64,000 nucleotides of DNA from the human T2T-CHM13v2.0 reference genome, Homo sapiens. Below are positions 24,931-39,098 of the stretch, piece after piece (within the stretch, counting starts at the first letter, position 1; each line of letters starts with the position of its first letter). A program made the translations under genes and the position numbers. Below the pieces are notes generated by a model. The model was not told the origin of the DNA, did not search any database, and saw only the letters and a program-made list of their open reading frames with translations. The stretch is taken from assembly GCF_009914755.1 (NCBI RefSeq), contig NC_060944.1, one strand, 5' to 3'.

Positions 24931-25127
24931 CAGCTGGGGAGTCACAGGCTCACGGCCCCCGCTCAGCTGGGGAGTCAGGCTCACGGCCCCCGCTCAGCAG
25001 GGGAGTCACAGACTTACAGCCCCCTTCAGCTGGGGAAATCACAGACTCACAGCCCCCACTCCGGCTCATTGCAGACACGTGCTCCCACAAGCCCCCCACT
25101 CCGGCTCATTGCAGACACATGCTCCCA
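24931..25127. repeat. Compound GC-rich minisatellite: four units of about 31-34 bp, then two units of about 40 bp
   Basis: CAGCTGGGGAGTCACAGGCTCACGGCCCCCGCT-like units start at 24931, 24964, 24995 and 25027. AGCCCCCACTCCGGCTCATTGCAGACAC(G/A)TGCTCCCA occurs at 25051 and 25090. Confidence 0.9.
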
Positions 25128-25799
25128 GGGTGGAACAGAGAGTTTTGCAAGTGGTTCTGTCGTCCATCTCTTTGTCACTTCTGGATTTCCTGCACCTGGA
25201 ACAGTGATCGGTGCAGAGGAGTTGCTCCATGTCCCCGTGTTGCAGAATGAATTAGATGATGAGCACAACGTCCCCCACAGAGCATTTTACCCAGGGTCTT
25301 CAGTCGCCTCCTGGGTCTACTTCACCAGGGTATAGTTACGCTAAATGGTTTTCTCAAATATGTTTAGCGATGCCCTGGTATAAACACACCTGCTGATAAT
25401 TTTGGATATGACATGATTGGCGACTACCTCCTATCCTCCACCACAGCCTCATTCTGATTTTCGTTTTAACTCTGTAATTATGCAAACTCAAGTTTTATAC
25501 GTGATTGATTTTTTTTCCTTGCATTATGGAGGAATTTTCCTTTGTGTGTACATGTGATAGATGGAAAGAGAGAGATAGGCAACTACATCAGCAACACAGA
25601 ACAGCAAAATGACCAGCTACTGAACTCACAGGCATCTTTTTGACTAGCAAAGGATAATCAGCAACCAGCCTCACTAATTTCCATGTTTTAACCCCAATTA
25701 AGAAAAGTGCCTTCCTGCAGGTGGTGTCACTTCAATCCCCTCCCTGAATGTCTTCAGCCTGATAGAGCCCAGGTTTGTACTCTCCCTTAAGGGTCAAGA

Positions 25800-26130
25800 G
25801 GCCATCATGAAAAGCTACTGAGCTAAGCCCTGGGGATGCGAAGTGAGCAAGACGTGGTCCTGCCCTCATGAGTTTTACATTTTAACTGGGAAAATGGAAT
25901 ATTGACAGCGAAGTGCATAAGCATAGAATTGCATTGTGGTCATTTCTATGAAACGGGATGGGGGGCACTCCTGGAGCGGATCCCAGTGGACCCGGCCTGA
26001 GTCGTCACTTCTAAAGGATGGGTAGGAATGTGTCAAAGATGGGGAGAAGTCATTCCAGGGGGAGGAAACCAAAGGCGCGAAGCGGGAGAGTGAAGTGTTC
26101 AAAGTGCCGAAGAAGGTGTTGCTGTCATCT
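25800..26130 (-). mobile_element. L2 fragment
   Basis: GCTAAGCCCTGGGGATGCGAAGTGAGCAAGACGTGGTCCTGCCCTCATGAG...CATTCCAGG. Confidence 0.6.
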
Positions 26131-27489
26131 ATCCACTTCAGGCTCCCCAGAAGTGGAGCATTCTCCAGAGGTTTGGGGAAACCACCCCATGTGAGTCTTT
26201 TGGAGTTGGGGTCCTGTCTCCCACGAAAGGGCCGGACAAGGCCAGGCCCTGGCTCCCTTGCCCCTGTGGTCTGTGATGAGGTTCATGACTCTGAGGCAGG
26301 GGTGGGGATGTTAGCTCAGTGCAGTAGGGACTTTAGAGTTCATCCAGGTGATGATGATGCAGGTAATGGCATCTGGTGGCCTTAGTGCCAGCCAGGCTCC
26401 CTCGGCTGCTTTCCCCGTCCTAAGCCTGGTCCTGTAGCACCCCCATCAGGCCTATGGGCTCTCCAATAGCCTTGAGCCCAGCAGTAACTTCCCATTGCTC
26501 TGTAACTTAAGTTAACCAGAGGCAGATTCTCTTCTTGGCAGTGCAGAACCTTGACCCTTACAGAGGACCAATGTGGCTGGAGCCCAGGTAGGAGGGAGAA
26601 AGTGCAGGACCCGTCAGCCGGCCAGCCCCTCCCTGCCCTGCAGGGCCTCGGCAGTGGCAAGCTGCGAAAGGGTTTCAAAACACATGGGTGTGGAGCAGGC
26701 CGTATAAAAAACTCATTATTTCCTGAGGCATACAGGGTTTGGAAGGGGACTGGAAGGAGGATTCTATTTTCTCTTTCTTTTGAACATCTGGAACTCTAAA
26801 GAGTGTTACTTTTTAAGTTGCCACCAGGAATGATGGAAGAAACGGGTTACCCATTTACAGGATGATTACCAAGCTGCAGCCTGCATGAAGTCCATTTTTA
26901 CAGCTTGCTCTGACCCCCCAAAATGCAGAGTTGATAATGACAGTTGGGGTAATGCTTTGAGTTCAATGGCGTAGCAATAAAGAAATCTAAGTGGAAAGTG
27001 CTTCTCACTCCTGGCTAAGTCCTTCTCTCAGCAAAATTTCGCTTCAAGTATCTTTTCATAATAAAATAATTCTGTATTCCAGCTGAGAACTCCATGCACT
27101 CACTCGCTAGTCATGTGGCAATAGCCTGTTTTTTCACTGCTGGGCAGGATTTGCTAATGGGCACTTTATGGCTAAGTGTGTTGTCCCTTTGGGAAAAAAA
27201 TAATTTTATCCCAGCGCATGTCTGTCTCCAAGTCTACTGATCAGTGGCATTATTATGCTTGCAAGAGTCATTTGTAAGCTTTTCAAGTGATATGCCAACG
27301 TCTCTCCCCTCCTCCGGTAAAAGAGAAAAAATGCTAAAAGCAAAAAGCTAGATCTCCCAGGGGACGGGGGGAAGCGTCCTTGCCATCAAATCGATCTTTA
27401 TCTTACATGTGTTATAAATCAGGATATGCCCTGCTTGCTGCTGTTTTTGTGCATGTTCCCAAAGGCAGCCTAGCTATTAAATAAGAGCA

Positions 27490-27700
27490 GAAGTGGTCTC
27501 AGAAGAGAATTCAAGTTCCTGTCTCACTCCTTAGCTGTCAGATTGAGAGAAAGGGCCCCAAACTCTGAGCCGTGATTTTCTCATCTGTGAAAAGGGAACA
27601 GTAAGGATATTTGGTTTTTAGGATGATTGTGAAGATTAAATGACATAATAAAGTCTAAAAAGCACTGAGCATTATTTTGAGTACAGAAGAAATGCTACTT
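27490..27700 (+). mobile_element. MIR SINE
   Basis: CTCTGAGCCGTGATTTTCTCATCTGTGAAAAGGG...TTGTGAAGATTAAATGA. Confidence 0.7.
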
Positions 27701-28740
27701 TGCAGTTGTCTCTGCTTTTTCTTTCTTCAGTAGGTGCAATTTTTGCAAATGCCTCAATATTCAATGGATAGTCTATGTTCGAGAGTATTCTTCTCACCTA
27801 TGCTGTTAATCACAAGCCAATTTGGGGACAAGACAGAGATAAACATCTGTATCTTTATTTTTTCTTAAAACATTGCTGAATTTCTTAAAAACAAAACTTT
27901 CCTGAAATTTGCTTGTTATGTGCTGAGAACTAACACATACTCAGTCCTTACTGACAGTGACTGTCTGTGAGAGGTTTGTGTGTGTGTGGTGTGGATGTTC
28001 TTATGAACATTTTCATAGATGGATAAGCTGATATTCAAGAGGTTGAGTAACCTGCCTAGGGTTGCCACTGAAGTAAGAGTCAAACAAGGCGATGAATTAA
28101 GGTGCTTGAGAAGCCGAGTTTCTTCTTAATCTTAAAACATCCTCCCAGCTTCTCTGCCATTCTTTGGTGCTCTCATTCCTAAAGGAAGATAACCCCAATT
28201 TAGAATATGTAGGTCAGCATGACAGGTGGTCTGGAAATGGGTCATTAGAATGTCAGATATTCTGGCAACAGTGTTTCTCAAATTCAGCCATGCGGGCTGC
28301 CAGGTCCACGTCTCCTGCCCCCATGAAGTGAACTTGAGCTTTCTTGTTGGTGGCTCTTGAACGAGAGACCAAACAAGGCACTGACCCGCCGTAGTTGTTG
28401 TCAAGCAACTCATGTAAGCCCAAAACCACCAAGGGAATGTCCTTCCCACAGGTGAGCTAGTGTGGGGTCCTAAGCTTGACTTGTTCATGGTGGCTGCCAC
28501 CAGACCAGAGGGGAAAACTGAGTAAAAACCATCCTATATTCACTAATAAAATATAATACAGAAGTATATTTGTCTTTTATAAAACTTCTTACCCAATACA
28601 TTTAGTGAACTCAGTTATTTTTTTTTTCACCTTATTAGGCAGGAATAACATTGATCCCAAAGCTAGTTAGGGAACAAATAAGAAAAAAGGTATTATAGGG
28701 AAATCACTTTTGATTAATTAGATGTGAAAATTCTTTAAAA

Positions 28741-30920
<2,180 letters not shown>

Positions 30921-31059
30921 CTGTAAATTCTAGTAAGTTCTAGTAGAGTTGAATTTGCTCCTGACCAAGCTTTCTGATGATCTTACAAGTCACTACTGTG
31001 ATCTGTAGTTGGAGGGATTATCATGGAGGAAATGTGGATAGTTCAAGCTCATTGCCAAT

Positions 31060-31449
31060 TAATATGGTTTAGATCTGTGTCCGTGCCCAAATTTCATGAT
31101 GAATTGTAGTCCCCAATGTTGCAGGTAGGGCCTGGTGGGAAATGATTGAATCCTGGGGGTGGATTTCTCCCTTTGTGCTGTTCTCCTGACAGTGGGTGAG
31201 TTCTCATGAGATCTTGACATTTAAAAGTGTGTGGCACCTCCCTCGTCCCTCCTCCTGTTACAGTCATGTAAAGGCTGCCGCTCCCTTCACCCTCCACCAT
31301 GATCGAAAGTTTCCTGAGACCTCCCCAAAAGCCAAGCAGATGCCAGCATTATGCTTCTTGTATAGCTTCCTATGAGCCAATTAAACCTATTTTCTTTATA
31401 AACTACTCAGTCTCAGGTATTTATAGCTGTGGGAGGATGGGCTAATACA
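31060..31449 (+). mobile_element. MSTA MaLR solo LTR
   Basis: ATATGGTTTAGATCTGTGTCC...CCAAGCAGATGCCAGCATTATGCTTC...CTAATACA; 5-bp TSD CCAAT at 31055-31059 and 31450-31454. Confidence 0.9.
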
Positions 31450-31536
31450 CCAATCAACTACGATAAAGTTGGAGGACAGGGTGGGACAGGGGAATATGTC
31501 TACTGTTTCTGACATGGTCCCTCTAATCTTCCGAAA

Positions 31537-31756
31537 CAGTGATTCTCAACTGGGGACGATTCCCCTCCCAACCAGGAGACATTTGGCAACATCTGGAGAC
31601 ATTTTTAGTTGTCACAAGGGGGAGGGGGGTGCTCTTGGCGTCTAGTGAGTGGAGTCCAGGGAGGCTGCTAAACATCCTACAATGCACTGGACTGACCCTC
31701 ACAACAAAGAATAATCTGGCTCCAAATGTCCATAGTTCAAAGATTGAGAAATCCTG
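31537..31756 (+). mobile_element. MER20
   Basis: CAGTGATTCTCAACTGGGG...GACATTTGGCAACATCTGGAGACATTTTT...TTGAGAAATCCTG. Confidence 0.9.
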
Positions 31757-31759
31757 TTT

Positions 31760-32715
31760 GAAGTTTAAAAACAAAAAGCTGATCATCAAAAATCTAGAAT
31801 TGTCCACTGAAAAGGTCAATTTTACTGTATATCAATTTAAGAGTAGAAAAATAAAACATTATCACACAGGCCTCTAGATTTAATTACCAATTCACAGAAA
31901 GTGCAGAAGAGTAGGACTTGTTAAAATGAGGCCAGGAGGATGCAATTTGCAAAATCTAGACTTTAGAAAAGTCTATAGTACATGTGACCTTACCAAACCC
32001 TGTAAGAAAATAAAAGACAAGATACATATCAATGAATTGCAATGTATAGACCTCATTTCTAAAAACCAAACTAAAAAAGTCATTCTTCGATGTTCACAGG
32101 GGATTGGTTCCAGGACAACCTTCCACCCCCAACCCCCAACACCAAAATGTGTGAATGCTCAATCCTCTAGCATAAAATTTGCATGTAACCTACACACATC
32201 CTCCCATACACTTTAAATCATCTCTAGATTACTTGCAATACCTAACACAGTATAAATGTTATATAGTTGATATATTGTATTGTTTTTTATTTGTATTTTT
32301 ATTGTTGCATTGTTACGTTTTATTTTCTTCAACTAGTTTTGATCTGCATTTGCTTGAATCTATGGACGTAGAACCCACACAGATACAAAGGCCACTGGAT
32401 ATAAGATGATTAAGGAGGTGAACAGAAACTGAATATCTCATGGTGTTAAAACATTATTGTTTTTAATGCAGTATCATATTGTGGTTAGGTATAAAGGAGT
32501 CTCTGTCTTTTAGCGATATATTTTGATATACCCACAGAAGAAATTATGTTTGAATTCTGTTTCAAAATAATTGGAGGGAGGAGAGTCTGTGATTACAGAT
32601 GGAACTAAATTGGAATGAGTTGATCCCAGTTGATGAATGCATGGGGCTCATTATTCTTTCTCTGTACTTTTGCCTATGTTTGGAATTTTCCATACTAAAA
32701 TGTTTTCAAAAACAA
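31760..32715 (+). mobile_element. Old L1MC4/5-like 3' region, interrupted by MER2
   Basis: GTCAATTTTACTGTATATCAATTT...GGGGCTCATTATTCTTTCTCTGTACTTTTGCCTATGTTTGGAATTTTCCATACTAAAA. Confidence 0.55.
32076..32398 (+). mobile_element. MER2 (Tigger-family MITE)
   Basis: GGGGATTGGTTCCAGGAC...TTTGCATGTAACCTACACACATCCTCCCATACACTTTAAATCATCTCTAGATTACTT. Confidence 0.85.
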
Positions 32716-33814
32716 ACAGTGCCAAAAGCCGAGTTACATCGGCCAAATTCTCACAGCTCAGGCAATGCTATCTAACTCAGACGGGCCCTACATGTCTGTT
32801 CTCCTCACAGTACCCCACGAGACCACCGAGGGGCCTCCTTGGCTTCCACAGAGGACACTGGGACTTGGAGTTTGAGCAATTGCCTGTGTGGGTGGGTGCG
32901 TTAGTGGTGGGGCTGGAATTCAAGCTCAGATCCTTCTGCCCCCCAAATCCTGGTTCTTTCTGGTCTGCCCTGTTGCCCACCTCCTGCAGAAGGCAGGTGT
33001 TGCTGTGCAGGGTGGGCGGCAGCCTATGCTGATCAGCTCCCTTCTAAAGCTGCACATAAGCCCTCCTTGTCACCTGGTATTTAGACAGCTGAACCTTAAG
33101 GAATCACAACATAATGCCTGATTTCTACCCTGGGAACTGCAAACTAATTCCAGGTCGAAATGTAAATATTGTCCCCATGGAGAAGAGGTGGTTTTAGCTG
33201 CTTATAAATGGGAAATGCTGGCAGCTGTTAATATTGATAGTTATTCCCTGAAAAATGACTTCAAGGTTCTACTAATCAATTGTCTCTCAGAATGAAGAAC
33301 GGCGCACTCTGCTCTCCCGGAATCACAACATGTATTTATAAATACATGCTTCACAGAACAGACAGGAAAAATGAGCCAAGTCTTTGGCATGATGATCTGT
33401 TATTCAGAGTGAAGAAAGCAATTATTAGCATCTATATTGGACTTTGAATTTACAAAATTCTTTCTTTAAAAAAAATGGCCATTGCAGCTATTTTGTGTTT
33501 CCGTTGTTTGATCTTCAATTAGGTATACTGAATTGTGCTACTTGGCATTGGATTGAAAGTTAACAAGGGCTGGGACTGTTTTTTTTTTTTTTTTTTTCTC
33601 ACTTGGTAAATAAGTAGCTTTGCACTTGGCTAGAAACATCTGGATGATTTAGGCACTGGCTTGTAACAATGTTTGCTTTGCCATGTCCTCCTAGAACTGA
33701 TGTTTGCATGAAAGGCTCATGGCAATGAGTTTCTTACTCAGCCTGGATTTAATGTGAGATGTATGAGGGAGCTTTTGGTTCTCTCTCTTCAAAACTCTTC
33801 TGGGAACTGGGATC

Positions 33815-34334
33815 TGGAGAGGTGTGAATTGGATTCTAAGATGATCTCTTGTTGTAATCCCTGCCCTTGAAAGTGGGTGTGACTGGTAACTTGCTTTTAG
33901 CAATTGAAAATGGCAAAGGGGATGGAATGTCATTTATGTAATTGTGTTACAATAGATGGCAACATCTGTCTTGCTAGGAGACCCTCTCTCCCTTGCTAGC
34001 TTTGAGAACAACCCCACCCCCCGACCATGCTAAGGATGCTTCTGTGGCAGGAACTGTGGGCATCCTCTGGGTAACAGCCAGCAAGGGAGACCTCAGTCTG
34101 ACAGCTGCAAGGGAGTGTGGCTGCCATCCAACCATGTGAACTCAGAGACGAACCCTGCCACAAGCAAGCCACTGTGGGCACCTTGATTGCAGCCTTTGAG
34201 AGACCCGGAAGCAGAGAGAGGGCCCAGCTAAGCTGTGCTGGACTCCTGGCCCACAGAAACCACGAGATCATAAAAATGTGTTGTTTTAGGGAACTAGTTT
34301 GTGGTCAGTTGTTACACAGCAATAAACTGATAGA
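33815..34334 (+). mobile_element. MLT1E-like MaLR LTR
   Basis: ATGGCAAAGGGGATGGAATGTCA, CACCTTGATTGCAGCCTT, CCCAGCTAAGCTGTGCTGGACTCCTG and TTGTTACACAGCAATAAACTGATA. Confidence 0.8.
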
Positions 34335-34949
34335 GCAGGTAAAATAACCCACTGTGGTTACCCAGGTAGTTAATGGTAGACCAGGGACTAAAATTAATTT
34401 CACTTTACTCTTTCTGAGAGTTTGCTCAAGGCAAAATTTTTAGGCTCCTGATGTAAAGCAAGGAGATTAGCTGGTGGAGTTAGTGATGGAAAATGAATAA
34501 GTGTTGAGGGTAAGAACTTTAAGAACTCTTCTAGCACATTCCCAATTTACCTTTTTACGAAAGTAGAAGACTTCTGAGGATCAAATATCATATCCCAATA
34601 TCTCAGCACTTACTATAGCCTAGGATTTTTGAGAAAACTAACTTATTTAATCCTCAAAATAACCATATTTATTCTATATTATTTATGCCTATCTATATTA
34701 TTATGCTTAAAAGAAAACTAATGTCCAGAGAGATGCAATGACTTGAAACATTTTATGCAGGTGGTGAGCAGTCTGACACCATAGTCCGGCTCTCAACCTC
34801 CACAACCTGCAGGTCCATTTTAGTAAAATAAAACTGCCTGGCACATAGTTATAAAGTGGGCACAAGATCGTATTCCAGTGTTATGAATGAGTGAACACAC
34901 TGCAGATATGTGGGGACTTGGGTGTGCAGGTGGGTTGTAAAATGTGCCT

Positions 34950-35845
34950 GGGATTTGGCTTAAGCAGGTATGATAACACATGCAGACACAGAAATGATTG
35001 TCATTAAGAAAGAAGTTGTATTATGCTCAAGGTCCTGAGAGACAGGGAGCAGACTCACCATGTGGGGCCATGGGGAGAAGCACGAAGGGAGATGAGCGGG
35101 CAGCGGGAAGGAGGAGCTGCAGTGGGAACCTTCACTGTGTTTTCATGGGAAGGAATGGGAGAAACAAAGTGAGCAAGTGGGGCAGGCTTTGCATTGGAAG
35201 TTTTGAATAATTCTGGCAGTCTCTGAGCTATAGGAGTGATAAGGTTTGGCTACATCCCCACCCAAATCTCACATCGAATTGTAATAATCACCTGTCAAGG
35301 GCAGGGCCAGGTGGAGATAATTGAATCATGGGGGCGGTTTCCCCCATACTGTTCTCATGGTAGTGAATAAGTCTCACGAGATCCGATGGTTTTATAAATG
35401 AGAGTTCCTGTGTACACGCTCTCTTGCCTGCTGCCGTGTAAGATGTGACTTTGCTCTTCATTTACCTTCTGCCGTGATTATGAGGCCTCCACAGCCACGT
35501 GAAACTGTGAGTCCATTAAACCTCTTTCCTTTGTAAATTACCCAGTCTCAGGTATGTCTTTATTAGCAGTGTGAGAACAGACTAATATGAGGAACTTATC
35601 CTAGTTGTTTGGTATCTAGCTCTGGGGTGATTAGGGGAGGAGAATTGTGTCTCAGACTTCAGGAGCTTAAGAAGATGTGGGTATGAACTTTGACTGATTT
35701 GCATATGCAAAGTGTGCTCTCAGGCAAGACATTCGCTATCTAGGAATTAGCTAACCCTAGGAGAAGTGGTCCTTTTCCAGGTCCCCAAGGCCTCAGATGC
35801 CAGAGCATCAGCAATAGAGAAAATAAGAAAATATAGTTAACATAA
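34950..35845 (-). mobile_element. ERVL LTR (MER74/MER54/MER73-like) split by a THE1
   Basis: The reverse strand begins TTAACTATATTTTCTTATTTTCT...CTGATGCTCTGGCATCTGAGGCCTTG...GGGTTAGCTAATTCCTAGA. The family name is recalled. Confidence 0.65.
35237..35589 (+). mobile_element. THE1B/C solo LTR
   Basis: TGATAAGGTTTGGCT...CCCCACCCAAATCTCA...CAGACTAATA; imperfect TSD AGGAG/AGGAA. Confidence 0.92.
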
Positions 35846-35947
35846 GATGCTATAATGCCATACGAGCTGTTGACAAAGCATTGGCAATAGTTAGGAGATC
35901 AGACTCTTTCTAAGTTATGAAAGAGCACTGCAGAAAAGTTAATTCCT

Positions 35948-36245
35948 GGCCAGCGGTGGTGGCTCATGCCTGTAATCCCAGCACTTTGGGAGGCCGAGGC
36001 GGGTGGATTACCTGAGGTTGGGAGTTCAAGACCAGCCGGACCAACATGGAGAAGCCCCATTTCTACTGAAAATACAAAATTAGCTGGGCGTGGTGGTGCA
36101 TGCCTGTAATCCTAGCTACTCAAGAGGCTGAGGCAGGAGAATCGCTTGAACCTTGGAGGTGGGGGTTGCGGTGAGCCGAGATCGTGCCATTGCATTCCAC
36201 GCTGGGCAATAAGAGCAAAACTCCATCTCAAAAAAAAAAAAAAAA
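35948..36245 (+). mobile_element. AluSp
   Basis: Sp-type GAGGTTGGGAG, ACCAACATGGAGAA, GCGGTGAGCC and GCCATTGCA; 14-bp TSD AAAAGTTAATTCCT at 35934-35947 and 36246-36259. Confidence 0.93.
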
Positions 36246-36894
36246 AAAAGTTAATTCCTTACAGATGAACTCGGGTCTTTGGGGCCAAAGGCATCACTGT
36301 GTCACTCTTATTCCAAGCACAGATAGTGAGATGAGAGATTGCAACTCCTCCCTCCTCTGAAACAGTGACATTATGTTTACATGTTTAGAAAAACACAGTG
36401 GCTATCTCCATTCTTAGGTAATGTGTGTTTGATCATTCTTGTTGTTTTTCTGTGCTTAAATACAACCATTGCTTTTAGAGACCCCTGATTGGCCCTTTGT
36501 CATAATAAGCACTGACAATGATTTCTAAAGTATAGCCTCCTCTCTCTTTAAGGGATTGAATGCTCGACATCCAATACTCTCCTGACTTACAAAGTTAGCC
36601 AGTGCATGCTTTGTTTTTGGTGCATCTTCCAGAAAACTCACCCGTCTATTTACCCATTAGGTTAGTTACATTCATCATGAACTGTGGAAGGTGAATGTTG
36701 GAAAATGACAAGATTCCTCTAAGAAGTCTATTACGAAGCCCAGCTTTTCTTCCCTTTCAAGTCTATAACCCATTTTTTTTTTCTACAAAGAAGAATACAT
36801 CGTTTTCTTTTTAATGTGGTGTGAATATAGAAAGACTGGAAACTGTGTCTGGGCATCAAAACCAGAAAATCACCCTGCCTCCCATCCCCAGCAT

Positions 36895-37380
36895 CAGAAA
36901 TCCTGTCATTTGCAGCAACATGGGTAAAACTGCAGGTCATTATGTTAAGTGAAATAAGGCAAGCACAGAAAGACAAATATTGCATGTTCTCACTCATATA
37001 TGAGAGCTACAAAAGCAGGTTTTGTGAAGATAATAGATTGGTGGTTACCAGAAGCCAAGAAGAGCTGGTGGGGGCAAAGGGGAAGGTTGAAGAGAGACTG
37101 ATTAATAGGTATACCTACACAGTTTGATAGAAGAAATAAGACCTACTGTTCGATAGGTCAGTAGGGTGACTATAGTTTACAATAATCTATTGTATATTTC
37201 AAAATAGCTAGAAGAAAATAATTCCAATATTTCTAGCATAATGAAAAGATATTTAACATGATGAATACCCTAATTATACTGATTTGATTTTTACAAATTA
37301 TATGAATGCATTAAGTTATCATATGTACCCCCCAAATAGGTACATTTATTATGTATCAAAAAATAAAATAAAAAAGATAA
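36895..37380 (+). mobile_element. L1MA (L1MA5-like) 3' end
   Basis: GAAATCCTGTCATTTGCAGCAACATGG...TAGGGTGACTATAGTTTACAATAATCTATTGTATATTTCAAAATAGCTAGAAG, then an A-rich tail. Confidence 0.88.
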
Positions 37381-38197
37381 GTCTCTAAAGTCTTCCCCGT
37401 AAATATATTGCAAGGCATAGAAACATACAGTTAAGAAGCAAAAGGAAGTTGACAAAAAGATGCAACCATGTCAAATGCTTCCTGAATTAATCCACAAAAT
37501 GTATGGAGAAGATCTAAAAAACTTAGAATGTCTCTTAGGGTAGACTGTTTTATCTGCAAGTCAGAGTGCTGATGCCAGGCATTCTCCAACATGGTCTGTT
37601 CACATCCCATCTTCATTCATTCACTCATTTATTTCTTCAACTGACAAATGCTTATTGAGCACCAACTGCATGTTTTACATGATTCAGGTGCTGAGGAGAA
37701 AGCAGTGAGCAATCATTTCCTACCTTCACAGGGCTTACTTTCTGATGACGGGCACAGCCATTGGAATCTGTTCTGCTCCAGGACCCCAGAGACCACCATT
37801 CTGCAAATTTCCTTGATACTTCTTGATGCACCACACTTAACTATGTGGGGCATTCCTCCTTTTTGAAACACCCTTCTCTTTTGGACCAGAGAGAAGGCGA
37901 TGGTGTGGTATAATTCTAGAGAGGTAGGTAGGATCCAGACCATTTGGGATGTCATTGGTCACAGTGGAGGTTTTTTTTTTTTTTTGAAAAATAAATGGAA
38001 ACTAAACTATCTTAATCAGGAGCATGTTTCTCTCTTATTTGTTTTTATTTAAAGACATGATGTCTTTAATGTGGATGTGGCAAGGGAGGAGGAAGAAGGA
38101 TCTCTTAAATGTCTTCTGGAGTACAAACCAGGCCAGAAGTAGTAGTAGTTTATCAGCAGAGGGAAGAAGGTGAGGGAACCTGGAAAAAATTCAGAAG

Positions 38198-38360
38198 CAG
38201 TGGCATGCTGGTAAATGTTAACAACTATTTCTCTAAGAGAAAAAAGATAGCAATTTCTGGCATTTACTAATTTCAAGCAACCAAGTTGACATCATTGAAT
38301 GCAGATTTCAGGAGAGATGCACAAAATAGCTGGAATGAGCCGGCTTCGTCACAGCACGCT
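38198..38360. mobile_element. MER63-like hAT-Blackjack fossil
   Basis: Termini CAGTGGCATGCTGGTAAATGTTAACAAC and GAGCCGGCTTC...CAGCACGC. Confidence 0.65.
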
Positions 38361-38807
38361 CTTAGAAGGGGAAATGGACAACACATGGTGATGAATTGGG
38401 TGTGGGGAATGAAGGGGAGAAAGAGGTGCCAAGAATGACTGGTAGCTTCTGATTTGCTGAATAGGATGAATGATGGAACTGTCCACAGGTAGAAACAATG
38501 AAGAGGAACAGATGTGGGGGAAAAAGACCCGTGAAGCCAACAATAATGGGGGAGTATTAGTCAAAGTTATCAGGGACCGGCAATCTGAATGGGGACCCAG
38601 AGCCTGAGTGGATGGTATATCAATTCAAATTGTGTGTCAACATTTTTAGGTCTACGCTTACCAAGAGCTCCATGAATTTTTTTTAACCCAGGATGGAATT
38701 CTATTATGATTATTTTGCAAGCCTATTGAATTTGAAGCTTTTGTGAGATGTCCTAGAGGGTGGGTCAAGAAGGTGGTGGGATATGCCAGCTAAAAATCAG
38801 AGGAGTG

Positions 38808-39098
38808 TTCAGGTATGGTGGTTCATGCCTGTAACCCCAACACTTGAGGCCAAGAGTTTGAGACCAACCTGGACAGCATAATGGGACCCCATTTATATAA
38901 GAAATTTTAAAAAATAGGCATGCATGGTGGTGCATGCCTGTAATTCTAGCTGGAAGGCTGAGGTGGGAGAATCAATTGAGCCCAGGAATTCGAGGCACTT
39001 GAGCCCAAGAATTTGAGTGCAGTGAGCTATAAGCATGCCATTGCCCTCTAGCCTGGACAAGACCCTGTCTCCGTTTTTTAAAAAGAATAGAGAAAAAG
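38808..39098 (+). mobile_element. AluJ with an internal deletion and duplication
   Basis: Alu dimer; TSD AAAAT(C/A)AGAGGAGTG at 38793-38807 and 39099-39113. Confidence 0.85.

Noticed and set aside
24931-25127. CRISPR-like repeat array
   Set aside because: The units are directly tandem with no unique spacers, there are no cas genes, and the context is human.
24823-25335. 170-aa ORF with internal repeats
   Set aside because: It has a non-ATG start, runs through the minisatellite and a degenerate L2-like stretch, and shows no recognisable domain.
35485-35497. PRDM9 hotspot 13-mer in the THE1 LTRs (also at about 19335)
   Set aside because: CCTCCACAGCCAC and CCTCCCCAGCCAT both lack the T at position 7 of CCNCCNTNNCCNC.
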